DNA from: Octopus bimaculoides
Taxonomy: Eukaryota
Assembly (NCBI RefSeq): GCF_001194135.2
Contig: NC_068981.1
Span: 66,011,021-66,075,020 of the forward strand
Direction of reading: 5' to 3'
DNA length: 64,000 nucleotides
In this document: in pieces, positions 49,101-64,000 of the stretch
How the letters are laid out: each line of letters starts with the position of its first letter
How positions within the stretch are numbered: position 1 is the stretch's first letter
Made by a program: the position numbers and the translations under genes
The notes under the pieces: model-generated
What the model saw: the letters and a program-made list of their open reading frames with translations, nothing else
Told to the model about the DNA's origin: nothing
Databases searched by the model: none

Positions 49101-51019
49101 TTTATTTAATAAGCATTCTGATTCAGCTTTGATGTAAAAAGCAAACAAATATACCACAGCTTTTCTGCCTCCATAGGCGGAGACAGCTGAAGCAATCTAA
49201 TGAGTTTCTAGTTTACTTAGCTTCATCAGAGAGATTAGTTGCTTATGGTTATCTGTAATGTATACAAATTTGGTCATAAATTGGTTGGTCTAATTTGCAT
49301 TACATTTCTCATTTACATTCATTTACATTGTCAGTGAGTGCACTGTTAAACAAATGAGACCTGTTTAGCTGACTTCTACTTTAGATACGCTGTAAAAAGT
49401 TATAATCTACTAATCTCTCTCTGGACAGAAGATAGGTATTCTTTCACTGATAAGAGTCTATGAAGAGCAGAAACTAGTCAAACTAATCCCATATTTCTTT
49501 TTTTTGCCCACTGAGAGATTAAACTTCTGTTGTGACCTGTTTATTTACTGTTCACAGTGAGGCTAAAATTCTATATTTACTAAAATAGACATTTGCAATT
49601 AAGAATATATAATATTTTTTCCAATGTTTCTCAACTAACTTTTCTTCAAACTCTTGATTCTGCAAGAAGCCACCAGTGGTTTGCAATGAATAAACAAGGT
49701 TAATTATATGCAATGAATTATTCAGTAATTTTTGTGTTTATTATACATGTATGGCATATTGCTTAAGGACAGAAAATCCTGTCATCTGTAGGTAGTAAGG
49801 AAATCCCACAGAAAAAATAAACTCTTAATAGAGACTTGTTGGGGAATTTGGTCTAAATAAGGTCTTGGTTAAGGTGAAATTTCTTAAATCTTCTTTATGG
49901 CATCTGATGGATTAAGCACTGCCAAGCATTTTAATGATAGGTTTATGATTTATTTAAACTTTTATGAAATTAAACTTCATGAAAATGGAAACAAAGGTTA
50001 AATTATATAATCACTTTCATATAAGGTAAATAGCATTCTGTATATCATACATAGTATAGATATACTGTTGAAAGCTTGAAAACTGTAGTATTTGTCTTGA
50101 GAAAGTATCCCATGTAAATGCAGTGTTAAAAAATCACCCAATGGTGAGACTGCTATTTTTGAACAACTATTTCTTCTGTTGTTCATAAAGAATTTTTATT
50201 GTTAGGGTTTTCAGAGATATGGAATGTATTTCCATGTTTCTCCAACAGTAAAAATGTTGGGGAAACACTGGTTTATATAGTAAAATATTAGTGATATATA
50301 CAGTAAAATATGACAGGTATATAGTGTAGATATACTAATAATATTTAATATTATCACAAAATATTAACAAAATAAAAGTCAATATAACTGTGAGAATGCT
50401 TTAATGGTTAGCACAACTTTATCACAATGCAATTGTTTTAGTTTCAATACACATTATTGGACAAAATCAATTGCCAGATAAATGCAGCTTCGGAATATTT
50501 ATTTATCTATTGAAAACACATCTAACATGTGAGATCCAACAATAAGTGTATATTTAGTTAGTATGCAGAGTGTTCCCGTGTGTTACTTTCCCCTTAATCA
50601 TATATCATTAAAATCCAAAGATCAGTGAGAGCAATGTTTGACTGAGATGAATAAGGTGGTATCAGAATGCTGAGAGATTGTTTGACTGCATGCGTGTGCA
50701 TATGCATGTAGGGTGGGCAGAGGGAGCAGATAAAAGAAACATTTGAAAATAACTAGTTTCGTTTTGGTCTTCTTTTATTTTTGTCTTCAAGTTTCTATTT
50801 ATATATTCATACATATATATAAAAAGAAAAGACACAAAAACTCTAAAGAAAGAATTGTTTGCGTGTGTACATGTGTGTTTGAAGAAGATAGTCTTGGTAA
50901 GATGAGAATTGGAAAATACTTAGTTTTTACCTTTTATTTCTTTTTTAAAATATATTATTGCCCTGAAGATTTTACTAAAAATATTACAAAGTCTATGAAG
51001 GAAAAAATCTTTGTATGTG

Positions 51020-51062
<43 letters not shown>

Positions 51063-51708
51063 ACGTGTGTGTTTGTCTCTGTTGTTGATAATGGTGGGAT
51101 GGTGTGCTATCGTTAGATTTCCATTGGAAAATACATACTTTTTATCCTTTATTATTTTTTTCTGTTCTTAAAGATCATGTTAAAAAAATTGCAAAGATTC
51201 TGTAAGAAACTTTGTGTGTTTGCTAAAAATAAGCTAAGGGAAGTAACTCGTGTAGGCCAATGATCTGAATTTAGATAATTCCAGTAGGTGGTGATGGACT
51301 GGATGATGTATGCAAAAAATTCTTAATATAAGTATGTGTACATATATGTGAATAAATAAGTATAAGTTCATGTGTGCATGTGTGTGTGTATAAATGTGTG
51401 TAAGAGTGTGTGTATGTATGTGCGCACGTGTTCGCGTGTGTGCATGTGTATGCTTGTATTTGTGTGTGGGGGTATGGGTTTGTGTTTGCATGTGTGTGTG
51501 TTTTGGAAAGAAAAGTACATGAAGATAAAAATCTCAGCCTCGAGTTCAACGTTTTCCTTTCTCTATTTCTTTGTGCATATATTTTATATGATTCTAAAGA
51601 TTCTATTAAAAAGAAAGATTTCCAAAGATCTAAAGAGAAGAAATTTCCATGTATACATTTCTTTCTCTCTCTTTCTTTGTGAGAGAGTGTGTGCACATGT
51701 ATATCTAT

Positions 51709-51742
<34 letters not shown>

Positions 51743-54700
51743 TTATATAGACATATATACCATTGTTTTTTGATGTCTATATTTCCATGTTTGTATGGGT
51801 CGGACGGAATTTGTTGAAGCAGATATCTCAGCCAGATACTCTTCCTGTCACTAGCCTTCTCTTGTTTCCAGGTGAGTTAATATTTGTCCATACCTGGACA
51901 TGTTTCATGGGCTCACTCTTCCCTCCAAACTCTGTTAAACATATCCAAAGGCTAAGTGATGGTGTTAAACTGGGTGAAGTATTAAGCCTATCAATCTTTA
52001 ATCAAATAGCTTACTGTCGCAACCATTCCACCACTCCAGTTCAAATTTGATGTCTGTGAGTTTTATTTTCTGTTTTCTAATCAACTGAATTAATCTTAGT
52101 GACTTACTCATGCTTATTTTATAGATCACAAAGGCATGAAAAGTAAAGTTGATCATAATTTAATTTGAACTCATTATTGAACACATTATTGAAATAATGT
52201 GCTCAAATCAAATAAAGCAAACCAATGAATCCAACAGACCATAATATGGTACCTTTTATTTTAGCTTTGATAATGATTTACTGTTTTGTAGGAGAAGCAA
52301 TAAGTCAAGAGAATTGATCCTAGTCCAAGGAGTGATAGTGATTTTATTGATCCTCATAGAAACAGCAAGCAAAATTGACCTGAATGGATTTGAACTCAGA
52401 ATGTAGAGGACTGGAAGTAAATACTGAATAATATTTTGTCTAGTGTAAGGTAGCGTGCTGGCAGAATTGTTAGCACCCTGGAAAAATGCTTAGCAGCATT
52501 TCATCTGTCTTCATGTCCTGAGTTCAAATTTTGCCCAAGTTGACTTTGTCTTTCATCCTTTTGGGGGTTGATAAAATGAGTACCAGTTGAACACTGGGAT
52601 TGATCTAATCAATCTATCCCCTCTCCCGAGATTGTTGGCCTTGTGCCAAAATTTGAAATAAATACTTTGTCTAGTGTAAGGCAGTGAGTTGGCAGAATAA
52701 TTTGCAAGCTGCTCAAAATGCTTAGCCCTTCTCCTAAACTTGCTGGCCTTGTGCCAAAATTTGAAACCGATATTTTGTCTAGTGCTTGATTGTCATCTTA
52801 TCCACTAATGCTTAAGATAGAAAAGACAAAAACAAAAAAAAGAAACAAGTGTTGATTTCTATTTAATGGAACTTAAGTTCAGAAACTTATGAAATAAAAA
52901 TATAAATATGAAATATAAATATAAAGTTGCCATATTTATGTCTATTCCAAGGGCACAGGCCCTGTAAGTAGCATTAATTTACTTCAGCTTGGAATTGAAA
53001 CCTTGCTGATAGAATATTTCTTTTGTCAAAATACTTTTCTAATTTAGATTTGATATATTGACTATAACAACACTTTTTTTGTCAATTTCTGTGTTAAAAG
53101 GTTTTGTTTTCTTTGTATTTAATTTAATATAACTCTGAAACAGAAGCAATTTCTACTTATATCAGCCATTTCACTGATCTTGATCAGAATAATTGTTACT
53201 GACTATAAAAATATTTACAAATATTGAAAGATGAATAAACGAAAACAGAGAGAAAGAAAATATCCCTCCCATTGAATATAATAATTATAGTTCACATTGA
53301 ATATAAATATTGCTTATGATTATTACATTGATTTTTATTTTCAAAAATGCCAAAATAATGTTTGTGTTTAATGAATGACCTTATCTTTTCTCTCAATGTT
53401 TCATCAAATTTAGTTCAATTTTTTTTTAATAGAAATCAATATAGTTTTCTCTTTAAAAATGCTATATTCATTTTCCCCCCACGCTCTTTTGTCTTGAATC
53501 CATAACTTCAATGGTTCCACCACAAAAATGGATGATGTTTACATAAATTTTTTAAGTAAATGTTGTTTTTACTGCTGGATATCCCTACTGCTGTCATATC
53601 ATTCAATATAGATTTCTAGTTATTTGACAGAAAAGTTAACTTTTTTAACAGGCATTGTTAGGTCAATAGAGTTGATATGTTGTTTTATTGTCTCTAGAGA
53701 GATAAAATAAAACTATATAGATGAAGAACATAGTGGCATGAAAACACTTGTCTTGCTGATAATTCATTTTCCTCCCATATTTTCCAACATTGAAGTCAAA
53801 TTTTTCCAACCAAAATTTACAGACCAAAAAATAGATCAACAAATATACCAAGACAACATTGGAAGACTTAAAATTCCTAGTGAAATGTAACAGGATTTGG
53901 AGAGATAGTCATGATGTTTAAATGTTTACACTACATTTTTACACTATATACTACACTGACTTATATGCCAGAAAATACAGTACGTATCTCTTATTTTGGT
54001 TTCCTGTCATTGTTTTAAGCAGTCTTGTGGACTGGCACCTATTTACAGTTTCTGCATCATTAAATATATAAAAGATAGATATTTCTCTGGTTAAATCTCC
54101 CAATCATTTCATTACAAATAGAGCCACTACTATGGGTCACTGAAGTTGCTAGAAATAGTAACCCAGTTTCCCTGAAATCACATCCATCAGAAATATTTAG
54201 CACAGAACCTGCATGGTGTGACACAGTAGTGATTACAAAAAAGGTGTAGTAGATGGATCAGTGGCACCACAGTTTGCTAGTTCAGAGGAATCATTGCTAC
54301 TCATCTACTAAGAGGGTTCTTGAATCTCTTAACTTAATAGCTTCATTATTTTCAGCCAGAATTACACAAATTTGTTTGCAATAGTCAAACTCAACTATCA
54401 TGTAAGTTGCAAGAAGTATAGAGATAATGATGATTTGGAAGTGTAACAGAAAGTATTGAAAGTTTTGTAAACCAAAAGCACAAAAATAATATCTAAAAAA
54501 GAGTTATTACGTGAGTATTTTAAACTCATATATTTCTACCGTTCCATTCACTAAACTGCAGACAGGACAACAACAAATCTAACAATATTAACAACTATGG
54601 CTACAAATAACAGCAAATAGTAACTTCATCATCATAATCGACATCAGCATCAGAAACAACAAATAAAAAACAATAGCATACAATAAACAATAACAACAGC

Positions 54701-56461
54701 AATAACTTTTCCTAACCACATGAATTAGTATCTTCTCTATTTCATTCAGTGATTATTATATTTTTACAAAATGGTGTTGAATCTATTCCGTCTAGATGAA
54801 TGACTAATTAGTCAAAGAAGTATAATTACTCAATGAATAAATGTTATTAGATATTGATTAATTTGTACTTTCTAGAATTGTAGCAATAGCATCACTTATA
54901 CAGAAAATATCAGATGATATTAAATTTTCAACATGTAATATTAGTAGTGGAGTGATGATATTAATGTCTCACTTATTTTACTTGGTAAGATCTGTTACTG
55001 TAAGAGATATTTTAATGGTTTAGTCAGGAGAAAGGGATGGTTCCCATGATATTTACAGGCCCTCCAAGGTTTATGGGATTTATATGGTTGATGATCAGTT
55101 TGAGTATCTGCAAACGGTTGTCTGCAGAAAAAAATATGGGCAGGTAGAGGATTCCAGAAAGTTGATGGTCTGACTTAGAATAAGAGGTTGTTGTGCTTTT
55201 ATATGATGTCTCTCAAATCTCCAAATTTACATTTCGTCCTAATTAACATGTCTCACCAGCTTTATGCATGGTTTCATATGTCATCAGAACTGAAGTGGCT
55301 TGATAGAAGATAGCTGACATGTTGCATTTTGGAGATTCCTGATGCACCCATCAATGTAGCTTAAGCACTCTTTTGCTATGTCTGTTATGGTCTGACTTCA
55401 GCTTGTTTGCTCATGTCCATAGCTTTGTAGTTAGATGATAGATGCCAGTGAAAAGTATGCGGGAAAGAGATTATAGTAAGGGTGATAACAGAGAGATATG
55501 TGTGCTGTGAGTTTAGAGTAGAGGTGGTATGCAAATAGCGAGTTCAGAGAAGTAGAGGTGATTACTGTATTGATAGAATAGGCAGAGAGAATGGAGAGTC
55601 ATAGTAATTGAAATGGGTTGGCAAGAGAGTTTTTGCCAATACTCACAGCAAACTGAGTTTGGTTTCCAGGTTTGTTTCTCCAGTTGTAACGTAGCTCTTT
55701 ACCATTTGAATTACTTTAATAATGCCCCTGGGAAAGACTCAAACATCAAAACTCCCTTCTCTTTCCCTCTTAACTGAACAGGGCAGTTCAGATCATAATT
55801 CAATTAGGGATACATCTAAATATGAGTAACCAAAGATTGGACTCTGTTTATAACACTGTTGTTCATACAGACAGCTAGCAGGGGAAATAAATATTTATCT
55901 CTACCAAGGCACCCAACATCTAGGTATAGACTTGTGAATGAAAAACGAGATGATGTAGTTTTAATTCTTAGTTCATCATGAAAATAGTTTCATTTCTCTG
56001 ATATCCCTAATACCTTTCATAAATGTATGAACAGTATAAATTCCTATTGGTGCCCTATCACAAGAATACAATTTTTCTTCATGCTTTGTTGACAATTTAT
56101 TCCTATATCTAGCCTTTTGAGAAAAATAAAAATATAGATCTTTCTCTTGGCTCATAAAATAAAATGGAATTGTTGAGCTTCACATCTTTCAATAGCATAT
56201 ATTGAAAAATTGGATCAATGTACCCTTATGACACTATCATAGCAAGGTTTGGGTGCATGTTTAAGAAGTTTACTTTGCAACTGTATGGTTCTTGCAAGTA
56301 TGTGGTCTTGCTTTCAATCCCACTACATGGCATCTTGAAAAGTGTTTTATACAATAGCCTCAGTTTGACCAAATTATGTGAGTTGAATTTCGTTGATAGA
56401 CACAAGAAGTAGTGTTTGTGTTTATTATTTATTGGCATAATGACCCATTAGAGATACATTA

Positions 56462-56501
<40 letters not shown>

Positions 56502-56961
56502 NNNNNNNNNNNNNNNNNNNNNNNNNNNNNNNNNNNNNNNNNNNNNNNNNNNNNNNNNNNNNNNNNNNNNNNNNNNNNNNNNNNNNNNNNNNNNNNNNNN
56601 NNNNNNNNNNNNNNNNNNNNNNNNNNNNNNNNNNNNNNNNNNNNNNNNNNNNNNNNNNNNNNNNNNNNNNNNNNNNNNNNNNNNNNNNNNNNNNNNNNNN
56701 NNNNNNNNNNNNNNNNNNNNNNNNNNNNNNNNNNNNNNNNNNNNNNNNNNNNNNNNNNNNNNNNNNNNNNNNNNNNNNNNNNNNNNNNNNNNNNNNNNNN
56801 NNNNNNNNNNNNNNNNNNNNNNNNNNNNNNNNNNNNNNNNNNNNNNNNNNNNNNNNNNNNNNNNNNNNNNNNNNNNNNNNNNNNNNNNNNNNNNNNNNNN
56901 NNNNNNNNNNNNNNNNNNNNNNNNNNNNNNNNNNNNNNNNNNNNNNNNNNNNNNNNNNNNN

Positions 56962-57032
<71 letters not shown>

Positions 57033-57549
57033 ATATATTTGAAAATCAAAGGAATCATTAGATTGTATGAACAATAATTTTGATAGAGTTAATGGTAAAT
57101 AAAACTATTTATTCTTAAATTATTATTATTACTTGTGAGAATATGAAATGCCAATATAGCATTTTAATTAACTATGAATTATTTTCAAAGTCAATTAGTC
57201 ATTACTTCTAGTTTTAACAATCACTAATTTCTAATTAATATAATTTATACTATTAATCATAGTTAGTGTTTATCATGTACCACGTGATCATGATGAATTC
57301 AGTTTGATTATGATACAGTAGCTGCATTCTACATCATCAAGATTTGTGCACAATATATTTTTTATTATAATAATAAGAAGAGGATACAAAAGGATAATAT
57401 TTAAGGAGTATATTAATATTTACGAAATTATATCTATTATCCAATAAATATTTACTATATTTCACTTTGATATTTTTATTTTAATATAGTTATCATTTTT
57501 TATAATGAAATACCTACTTATATCTATTAGATAATTAATTTATAATTTT

Positions 57550-58400
57550 AGTAACTTTTTATTTTAGCTGTAATTTTCAAATATATATTTGTAGGCATGC
57601 ACACAGGATAACCCACTCTCCCTTTTACTGTTAAGAAGTCTACATTTAGAAGTTAAAATTTGAAAAATATTGACACAAAGACTACAATGAATATTTCCAA
57701 TTTTATGGGAATTAATATGGCTTATGGTTTCCCACTTTAGGTTATACTTTTTATTTTTGTTCTTTAAGTCCCAAATAAATTTGCTTAGATTGGTACAAGA
57801 TAATTTATTTCTATTTCTAAAACTGCATTTTTTGGTTAGCAATTCACTTTTTTATGTAATTTTCCATTGATCCAATATAAAAATAGTTTTTCCCTTGGAT
57901 TCCACTTTACATTTATATACTACATTTTTTTACTTGCAATAATTTTTAAACAAACAGTTATCTTTAAATTTGTAATCACAATATATATTTTTATTTTTAT
58001 TTTTATTTTCTTTCATAGAATTAAATTCAGTATTATTATTGTTCATAAGTGTTAGTTTCTTGGTTAAGGTGGGATCCAATGTGGGTTGTTTCCTTTGTAC
58101 TTTAGATGGTTTATTAGCACATTCACTATAATCAGAATCATCTATGTTGTCCTGTAATGTATTGGTACTAAATTGAGCCATATTACTCAATTATATTACT
58201 TAGGTTTTCGCAAGCAAAGTTTAGTGTCCAATGAAGGAAAGGTACGCATAAGTGGGCTATTGCTTATATCATACGAAAGATTGCTTTGGTCCAATGGAAG
58301 AATATCTGGCATGTTTAAAAAAGATGAGGGTTTGAGTCACACAGGCAGCCTTCATATTTTTCTATCTAAAAGCACTTAACCTAATATTTACATGCTTTTA
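57550..58400 (-). pseudogene. Penelope-like element C-terminal (GIY-YIG region) fragment
   Basis: SFRNRNKLSCTNLSKFIWDLKNKNKKYNLKWETI...CSLC...ILTSKCRLLNSKRE..SCVH.YK and the upstream N-rich/Cys region are typical of the Penelope endonuclease C-terminus; frameshifted. Confidence 0.75.
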
Positions 58401-58495
58401 ATTATAGCTTTATCTACTTTGAGTCCTACAGTTAAAAACAAATTATTACATGTCCTCTCAAAGTTTCTAAATTCTTATAATGTAAACCATTTATG

Positions 58496-58526
<31 letters not shown>

Positions 58527-58807
58527 GTATGTACGTACCTATGTATGTATGTATATGTGTGTGTATGTAAGTATGTATGTAATGTATATATGTATGTGTG
58601 TGTATATATATATATATATACATACATACATAAATACACATACACACACACACACATATAATCATCTAACGTTTGATTTTCCATGCTCGCATTGGTCAGA
58701 TAGACTCATGTGTTTCGTGTGTGCGTGTGCATGCATTTATGCATGTGCATTAAATTCCAGGCCTAGTACATATGTTAAAAAACAATTACTATCATTATCA
58801 TGACCAT

Positions 58808-58814
58808 GATCATG

Positions 58815-58874
<60 letters not shown>

Positions 58875-59100
58875 GACTGAGAGAGCAGTGCATGCTATTA
58901 AAGTGACACTGGGATAAAATTTATGAAGCCCAGTATACTCATCATGACTGCCTGTCTGATGAGGGCACACTGGACACACGCATCACAACCATATGTGCAC
59001 GACACAGTGATCTCATATCAAGATAAACAGTGCATGACCTTGCAGGTGGGGTCCAGTTAGAATTTTCTTCAGGCTAAGTAGCCTAATCTGTTCAAATCGT
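58808..59100 (-). mobile_element. Non-LTR retrotransposon 3' UTR with long (TAA)n tail
   Basis: Non-coding complex sequence ending in an (ATT)n run on the + strand at 58815-58875. Family assignment is from recollection only. Confidence 0.45.
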
Positions 59101-59394
59101 TTATGGATAATGGTTGTTTAAAGATGTTGAACGAAACACTCATGTCTCCAGAGGTTAAATGTTCAAATTCCAAAGAATTCCTCTCAACACATAGGTATGA
59201 TGTTTTCTCACTACTTCTGCTCCTGATCAGAGATGCATGAAAAAACATGCCCAACTGGTTAATGTCAAATAACTGACAAATGAATCTGTGGTATTGAGCA
59301 GAATATTTCCTGTAACCCATCTTTTATACCAAGACAAAACAATGTACATGATAACATGAGAGCCAGGGCCTGGTACTGCATCAGGGCATATCAT

Positions 59395-59480
59395 CTTCCC
59401 CCTCCTCCTCTCCTCCTCCTCCCCCTCCTCCTCCTCCTCATCATCATCATCATCATCATCATCATCACCATCACCATCAT

Positions 59481-59560
<80 letters not shown>
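59395..59560. repeat. Compound (CCT)n(CAT)n(TAT)n trinucleotide repeat
   Basis: Directly visible. Confidence 0.95.
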
Positions 59561-59563
<3 letters not shown>

Positions 59564-61049
59564 TTGTTGAAGTATGCAGACATCTCTAGAGATTACTCTG
59601 AGAGAATTGGATTGCTACCAAATATTGTATCACAGTCTGTTTTTTTTCTCTTTCTTTTTTTAATTATTGTGCAAATAGAGGGCTTTGAAATTTTTGGATA
59701 TGTATCCAACTATCTGGACATATATCCAACTATTTAAAATAGCAGACAAAAAATGTCTAGTACTTTAGAGATATTTAAATTTTTTTACTCCGTGTTTACA
59801 TTCATTTCTATATGGCCCCTGGTTCTAAAGCAGCAGGAAATGTCACCAGAATTCAACAGAATAATCAGACGCATACATTTTGTCAAATGAAAATATCATT
59901 TACATTACACAAAAGGCACTGACAACAGTAACAACAAAAACAAGAACACTTTTGCTATTGGTTATGATCAAAGTGAAGTGTTTGACATTATTCATCTCAG
60001 CTGATGGAAGGAAAATGACAGCAATGTATCGCTGAAGAAAATGCTTCTATGCCTAAAGAATTTATTCAAGAATGGGCAAGAAGTAAGTTGACTTATCCCT
60101 GTTTTGCAAATGAGAGGTAGATTTTCAATTGTCCTCAAAAGTAACAACTGAGGACTGCCACAATTCTAAGTGACACATAGAAAAGCATTTCATCTGCTGA
60201 TTTTAAGCAGGGCATATAGGAATGTGTGTCTGATCTTGAAGACTAAAGACAAGGCGACAAAATAAGTAGAGATAGTGCACTTCATACTACTGTTCATCAC
60301 AAACAACACAATATGAGGGTTACAGTAAAGAACATTACAGTGACCTTCATGTTGTGTTGTCCGTGATGTAGTACAGGTAGGACGAGGTGCAAGCTGATGA
60401 GACATGAAATGACATGCAATTGAGTGGGTTGGCATGGACATGCAAATCCTGATGATCCCTGAAAACCACAGAACAATCCAAAATCTATACTCCACTGTGG
60501 GTAAAGAATGAATGGCATTAAGATTAGAGATGCAAGGTAGAAACTCCAGTTGTTATATGTGTAAGAGTAAGAACCATTTCAAGACTTTTTGCTCAGAGGA
60601 GTTGGAAAGACAGAGAATGAGAGAAATTGAGTAAGAGCAAAGGCAGTAAGGATAACAGCAGTAGGTCATCGAAGCTGTTGTTTCTAGGTCATTACCAACT
60701 GGATCACTGGTTATAGCTGTGGGCTGTAGATCACTACCAACTGGAGCACTGGTTGTAAAAAAACTGCCACATTCTTAGTGCCAGAAGATGATGACCAAAG
60801 GTCAATTTCTTGGCCACAAATAGTAATATCACCCCATAATTCTGTGTCAATAAGGAGAGAATAGGCAATAAGCAACAGTGAGAAAGTTTGGGGAACAGTG
60901 GGAAAAAAACACATCCATGAAATAATTAAAAAGAAAGAGTAAATCTGACTCAAAAGAATGCAGAACATCTTATGGGAATGCATGAAGTTCACAGATTCTT
61001 GAAAAGGAACTTGAATGATTTTCAAGAAAATTTAGGCAAATTTTGAGGA

Positions 61050-61277
61050 CCGTTGCCAGTACCTCCTGATTGGCCTTCATGCCAGGTGACATGTAAAAGC
61101 ACCCACTACACTCTCGGAGTGGTTGGCGTTAGGAAGGGCATCCAGCTGTGGAAACTCTGCCAAATCAGATTGGAGCCTGGTGTAGCCATCTGGTTTCACC
61201 AGTCCTCAGTCAAATCGTCCAACCCATGCTAGCATGGAAAGCAGACGTTAAACGATGATGATGATGATGATGATGAT
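61050..61277 (+). mobile_element. Short RTE 3' UTR copy
   Basis: Nearly identical to 24010-24228; (GAT)n tail. Confidence 0.8.
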
Positions 61278-61582
61278 ATGGGCTCCTATTATGAGTATTA
61301 TGTAAGAGAGAGGCTGCTGGTGAGAACTGTTATATGTTAACCACCTCAAGAATAATGGGCCTTTTTTTCTCAGCATTAATTGTTTCAAAGTGTACATGCA
61401 GGTGTATTTGTTTATTCCCATATACAATTTGAGCAACAGTTAAATGAAAAGGGCTGTGGAGCACCCTTACTCAATCAAATCAGTAATCTTTTGTATTTTA
61501 TTTTCTTCCCGTTATATCTTGTTTTAATTATTGTGTTTTATCATACTTTCTTTTTTAATTTCTTTCTGTGCAAATAAATATA

Positions 61583-61746
61583 GGCATAGGAGTGGCTGCG
61601 TGGTAAGTAACTTGCTTACCAACCACATGGTTCTGGGTTCAGTCCCACTGCATGGCACCTTGGGCAAGTGTCTTCTACTATAGCCTCGGGCCGACCAAAG
61701 CCTTGTGAGTGGATTTGGTAGATGAAACTGAAAGAAGCCTGTTGTA

Positions 61747-61807
<61 letters not shown>

Positions 61808-62022
61808 ATATGTTTGTGTGTCCGTATTTGTCCTCCCAACATCGCTTGACAACTGATGCTGGTGTGTTTACGTCCCCGTAACTTAGCGGTTCGGCAAAAG
61901 AGACCGATAGAATAGGTACTAGGCTTACAAAGAATAAGTCCCGGGGTCGATTTGCTCGACTAAAGGTGGTGCTCCAGCATGGCCGCAGTCGAATGACTGA
62001 AACAATTAAAAGAGTAAAAGAG
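61583..62022 (+). mobile_element. tRNA-derived SINE family A, full length, with internal (TA)n
   Basis: A-box TGGCTGCGTGG, B-box GGTTCAGTCCC, internal microsatellite, TAAAAGAG-repeat tail. Other copies at ~35-360(-), 5985-6425(-), 10170-10515(-), 14855-14975(-), 29335-29640(-), 56200-56400(+) and 63330-63660. Confidence 0.85.
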
Positions 62023-62526
62023 TATGTATGGAATGATGGATGGATATATATGTGCCTGCTTTTAAAATTTTAATATGCTCTTCTATATATTGAATAACAT
62101 CTCTCACCAATTCATTTTCATATTTGTAAACTTCTCTTTCATACTCCAATTTCGCTTTTTTTTCTCTGTAACTTCCTGTAAAACTTATTTTTGCATCTCT
62201 TCAAGCCCTTGTGGCTAATAAACAAAAGATATATCATTGTTGTCATTGTCACCATCAGCTTCAGTGGTGGCGTCATCATTATTGTTATCAATATTTATTC
62301 TTGCATTGAAAAACCTTGAATAGGATCACAATAATTCTTCATAATATTTCCCTTGAATGATTTCTTTAAATCATATTTCCTTAATTCAAAGACTTAGTTT
62401 TCTAAAACCTAACCACACTACCCTAACCCAAAACATTCTTCCTGAAATTACTTCTGCTCTATGCACTGTCTACTATAATCCTGAACATATTGAAATATGG
62501 ACATTAAATAATGATAGTGGTGATAA

Positions 62527-62561
<35 letters not shown>

Positions 62562-64000
62562 NNNNNNNNNNNNNNNNNNNNNNNNNNNNNNNNNNNNNNN
62601 NNNNNNNNNNNNNNNNNNNNNNNNNNNNNNNNNNNNNNNNNNATATATGTATATATATATGTGTGCATATATATGTATGTGTATATATATATATATATGT
62701 GTGTGTGTGTGAACACACACACACATTTATCACAAACATATACAAATAATATATATAAATGCATATCAATGAAAGAACCTGAATACCATTGCAAAGCTCA
62801 TTACAATTAAGAATCATTTTTCTATCAAACAACATCTTGCCATATGAAGAAAAAAATCATATTAGGTAATATAATCTACAATTTCAGGTAATAAAAGGTT
62901 CAAGTGCAATGACTAGAATGCTTTTGATCATAAATACTGTGGAAGTCAAAGTAGGGAGAACTGTAGCTGTAAGAAAAGAAATAACTCCATATTTTCTCAA
63001 TATTTAGCTCAATATTTTTTTTCCCCATGCATTGATATTACTTCACACAATAAAATTGCTGACACCCATTGCTTTGTAAGACTATTCTCCAAATCCTGAC
63101 TATTTAATACATTGCTATTATTTTGACTTCCTTAGAAGTTTGAGAAATGGTAGATTGCTGAACAAAAGCCTTTAAAATGCTTAGAATAAATTCCGCTATA
63201 GGGACTTTGCTCTGCATCCCTTCTAAGTCGATAAAATAAATATAAATTATTTATTGGGTTTGATTCACTAGACCATACATTAATATCTATTAATTCTGCT
63301 ATTGCATGAATTTAAGACGCTTTTTTTTCTCCAAGGTGGCTATATGATTGAGAAGCTTGTTTCCAACTATGCAGTCTTAGATTCAGTCCCACTGTGTGGT
63401 ATTTTGATTAAGGGTCTTCTACTATAGCCCCCTTGTGAATAGCTTTGGTAAACAGAAGCTGAAAGAAACTTGCCTCTTTCCCACACAATTACATATACTT
63501 GATGGTCCTCTTTCAGTTTCTGTCCACAAAATCCATTCACAAGGCTTTGGTCAGCCCAAGGCTATAGTAGAAGACACTTGTCTAAGGTGCTATGCAATGG
63601 AACTGAACCCAGATCTATGCAGCTAGGAAGCAATCTTCTTACTACACAGCTACTCCTGCTATTGTCTAGATTGGCAAATTTCAATACACATGCCTAAGAA
63701 ACAAAAGATTCAACTATTAACTGTTACCAAACCATTGGAACAGACCAAAGTCTATTAATAATTGATTGTTCAATGCTTAGTCTTTAAATGAGGCAATTAC
63801 TTGCGAAAACTGATTTCCTTTAACCTTTTTCTTGAATATTTGAAGTGAATCTCAGCAGCTTAGTGATTATATTATTTGGTGAGAATTTCTTAATTCATGT
63901 AGTTAGGATGAAAGGTTTTTTTTTTTATGGAATTTCTGATACTTTTATTAATGCTAACAACAGCTGTTGGTGACAGAAATTGCTTTAAATAATACTGAAA

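Noticed and set aside
55272-55290. CUGAUGA-CAUAU-GAAA on the minus strand (similar strings at 1184, 30053, 46290, 60394, 60453)
   Set aside because: Stem II is absent or too short and there is no flanking stem I complement.
55020-55700. Degenerate TE-like coding remnants (also 7450-7930 and 59960-60700)
   Set aside because: There are only faint Penelope-like hints (for example YIDGCI on the minus strand) amid many stops; too decayed to call without a profile search.
3308-62835. Long ORFs in the supplied track containing X runs or HT/CV/IY/SL repeats
   Set aside because: They run through N-gaps (3486-3816, 8528-8965, 17406-17886, 18893-18955, 22347-22807, 25108-25151, 35006-35609, 36964-37838, 48888-48897, 56502-56961, 62562-62642) or microsatellites and are not credible proteins.

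Overview
This is AT-rich animal genomic DNA from a draft assembly with 11 N-gaps, almost all next to microsatellites. The SINE/LINE content looks like a cephalopod, probably Octopus (inference from recalled repeat families, not a search). I can support one host gene: a secernin (SCRN2/3-like, peptidase C69/Ntn-hydrolase family) on the minus strand. Its first three coding exons are 41172-41360, 32606-32793 and 10565-10770, with consistent splice phases; later exons were not found and probably lie left of the window. The rest is intron or intergenic sequence filled with three tRNA-derived SINE families, RTE and R4/Dong-like LINE fragments, Penelope-like fragments, mariner and piggyBac-type DNA elements, a Helitron-like element and microsatellites. 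There is no CRISPR array, rRNA or true tRNA. The main unexplained signal is a set of minimal type-I hammerhead ribozyme motifs. Two near-intact ones (12855-12899 +, 25392-25434 -) sit in short non-coding elements with ~357-nt and ~275-nt monomers. These elements are very divergent in sequence but share a colinear series of hairpins with compensatory changes, suggesting a retrozyme-like or Penelope-pLTR-derived structured RNA family. That class is known; whether this family is described needs a database check. Repeat boundaries are read by eye and approximate.
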